Assembly (NCBI RefSeq): GCF_000012285.1
Contig: NC_007181.1
Span: forward strand, 210,001 to 242,000
DNA length: 32,000 nucleotides
DNA from: Sulfolobus acidocaldarius DSM 639
Lineage (GTDB): Archaea > Thermoproteota > Thermoprotei_A > Sulfolobales > Sulfolobaceae
Direction: 5' to 3'
Under the pieces are notes generated by a model. That model did not search any database, had not been told where the DNA came from, and saw nothing but the letters and a program-made list of their open reading frames with translations. The position numbers were made by a program, and so were the translations under genes. This document shows positions 31,188-32,000 of the stretch, piece after piece; within the stretch, counting starts at the first letter, position 1; the number at the start of each line of letters is the position of its first letter.

Positions 31188-31621
31188 ATAATCAAATAGT
31201 TAGTTACTACTCATACGTTCTCATATTTTCATCCATTCTAATAATAATAGGATTGGTATTTGGTGGCTTTACACCAATAAATGAACAAGTGGCAACACCC
31301 AGTTATGATCTAGCATTACCTGTGAGCTTAAGCTTTTCAGCCTTCATACTTCTAATTATTTTCATTTTCTCCTCCATTATCTTGTGGGGCTCCAAGAGTT
31401 TAGCCTCGAACTTAATTATAGATTCCTCTGCACTTTCCTTTTCAATCCTTAACTACGTCAATTTTTATGTCATATATGAGATATGGAGACCTGAAATCAT
31501 TCCATTACCATTATTTTTTTACATACACTACAGCAACATAAACGAGCTTACGGTGGATTTCGGACAAATAGCCTTAATCATATTCTTCTATAGGCTCTAT
31601 AAGAGAAATAAAAGTGTTTAG
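31184..31621 (+). CDS. Hypothetical membrane protein
   Basis: 145-aa ORF with four hydrophobic segments; ATGA overlap with the upstream ORF. Confidence 0.6.
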   Translation: MNNQIVSYYSYVLIFSSILIIIGLVFGGFTPINEQVATPSYDLALPVSLSFSAFILLIIFIFSSIILWGSKSLASNLIIDSSALSFSILNYVNFYVIYEIWRPEIIPLPLFFYIHYSNINELTVDFGQIALIIFFYRLYKRNKSV

Positions 31622-31642
31622 AAATCAGTTTAGAAATCAGTT
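31616..31642. repeat. Short tandem repeat, 12-bp unit GTTTAGAAATCA x2 plus partial third
   Basis: GTTTAGAAATCA GTTTAGAAATCA GTT spans the stop codon of the + strand ORF and sits between convergent genes. Confidence 0.6.
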
Positions 31643-31650
31643 AAGAAAAA

Positions 31651-32000
31651 TTATTTTCTTGATCTAAATAGGGCAATTATGAGTATAGCTATAATGATTA
31701 TGACACCAGCGCCTACTAAATAATATGCTGCTTGCTCTAGTTTTGTTATCAGAAATCCGATTTGATAATAATATATATACCCTAGAATTGCTAAAGTTGA
31801 ATCCCATATTAAATGTCCTAAGAAGGTTAGAATCAAAAAGTTAAAAATGTTCATGGCTGCTAGACCAGCTGGGAAAGATATTAAGGCTCTAATTTCAGGT
31901 ACAAACCTAAAACCAAAGACCGCATAATTACCATATTTTTTAAACCAACCATTTAATCTATCTAGTCTTTTACTGGTCAGCCGGAAGAGCTTACCATATC
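31651..32000 (-). CDS. DedA-family (VTT domain) membrane protein, 5' end beyond window
   Basis: ORF track lists only 31651..31854, but the frame is open to the window edge and encodes ...KRLDRLNGWFKKYGNYAVFGFRFVPEIRALISFPAGLAAMNIFNFLILTFLGHLIWD, with the DedA-like R-F-x-P-x-x-R/G-motif. Confidence 0.82.
   Translation of the reverse strand, partial: YGKLFRLTSKRLDRLNGWFKKYGNYAVFGFRFVPEIRALISFPAGLAAMNIFNFLILTFLGHLIWDSTLAILGYIYYYQIGFLITKLEQAAYYLVGAGVIIIIAILIIALFRSRK

Overview
Chromosomal window from a thermoacidophilic crenarchaeon. Order Sulfolobales is inferred from gene content, low GC, TATA boxes and short leaders; I ran no database search. It is gene-dense and mostly housekeeping: a BluB-like nitroreductase (5' end off-window), leuD/leuC, a Tat cluster (tatC, a divergent TatA/B-like ORF, tatA), an ABC ATPase plus a two-domain permease, an acyl-CoA carboxylase operon (accC/accB/pccB), a Hel308 helicase, an RHH regulator with a PiT transporter and a convergent DUF47/PhoU-like gene, DUF763, a phosphoesterase, a class II amidotransferase, MBL proteins, a PfkB kinase, ThiD with a ThiN-like tail, a Cas4-like protein, a glycosyltransferase, UPF0282, a VIT1/CCC1-like protein, a GAT-QueC fusion, a DEAD/DUF1998-type helicase, TauE/SafE plus a DUF1634-like protein, and a DedA-like protein truncated by the window edge. 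I see no CRISPR array, rRNA, tRNA or complete IS element. The most interesting items are: (1) an orphan, very compact TnpB-like protein (273 aa) with apparently intact RuvC D/E/D motifs and a four-Cys zinc finger, no tnpA, and no intergenic room for a classical right end; (2) a near-canonical C/D box guide sRNA at 7031-7093, not in the ORF track; (3) an apparent -1 frameshift or mis-called start at the 5' end of the ABC ATPase gene; (4) a solo Cas4-like gene; (5) an all-G/C perfect hairpin inside the TnpB-like ORF. I found no convincing new multi-gene defence system.
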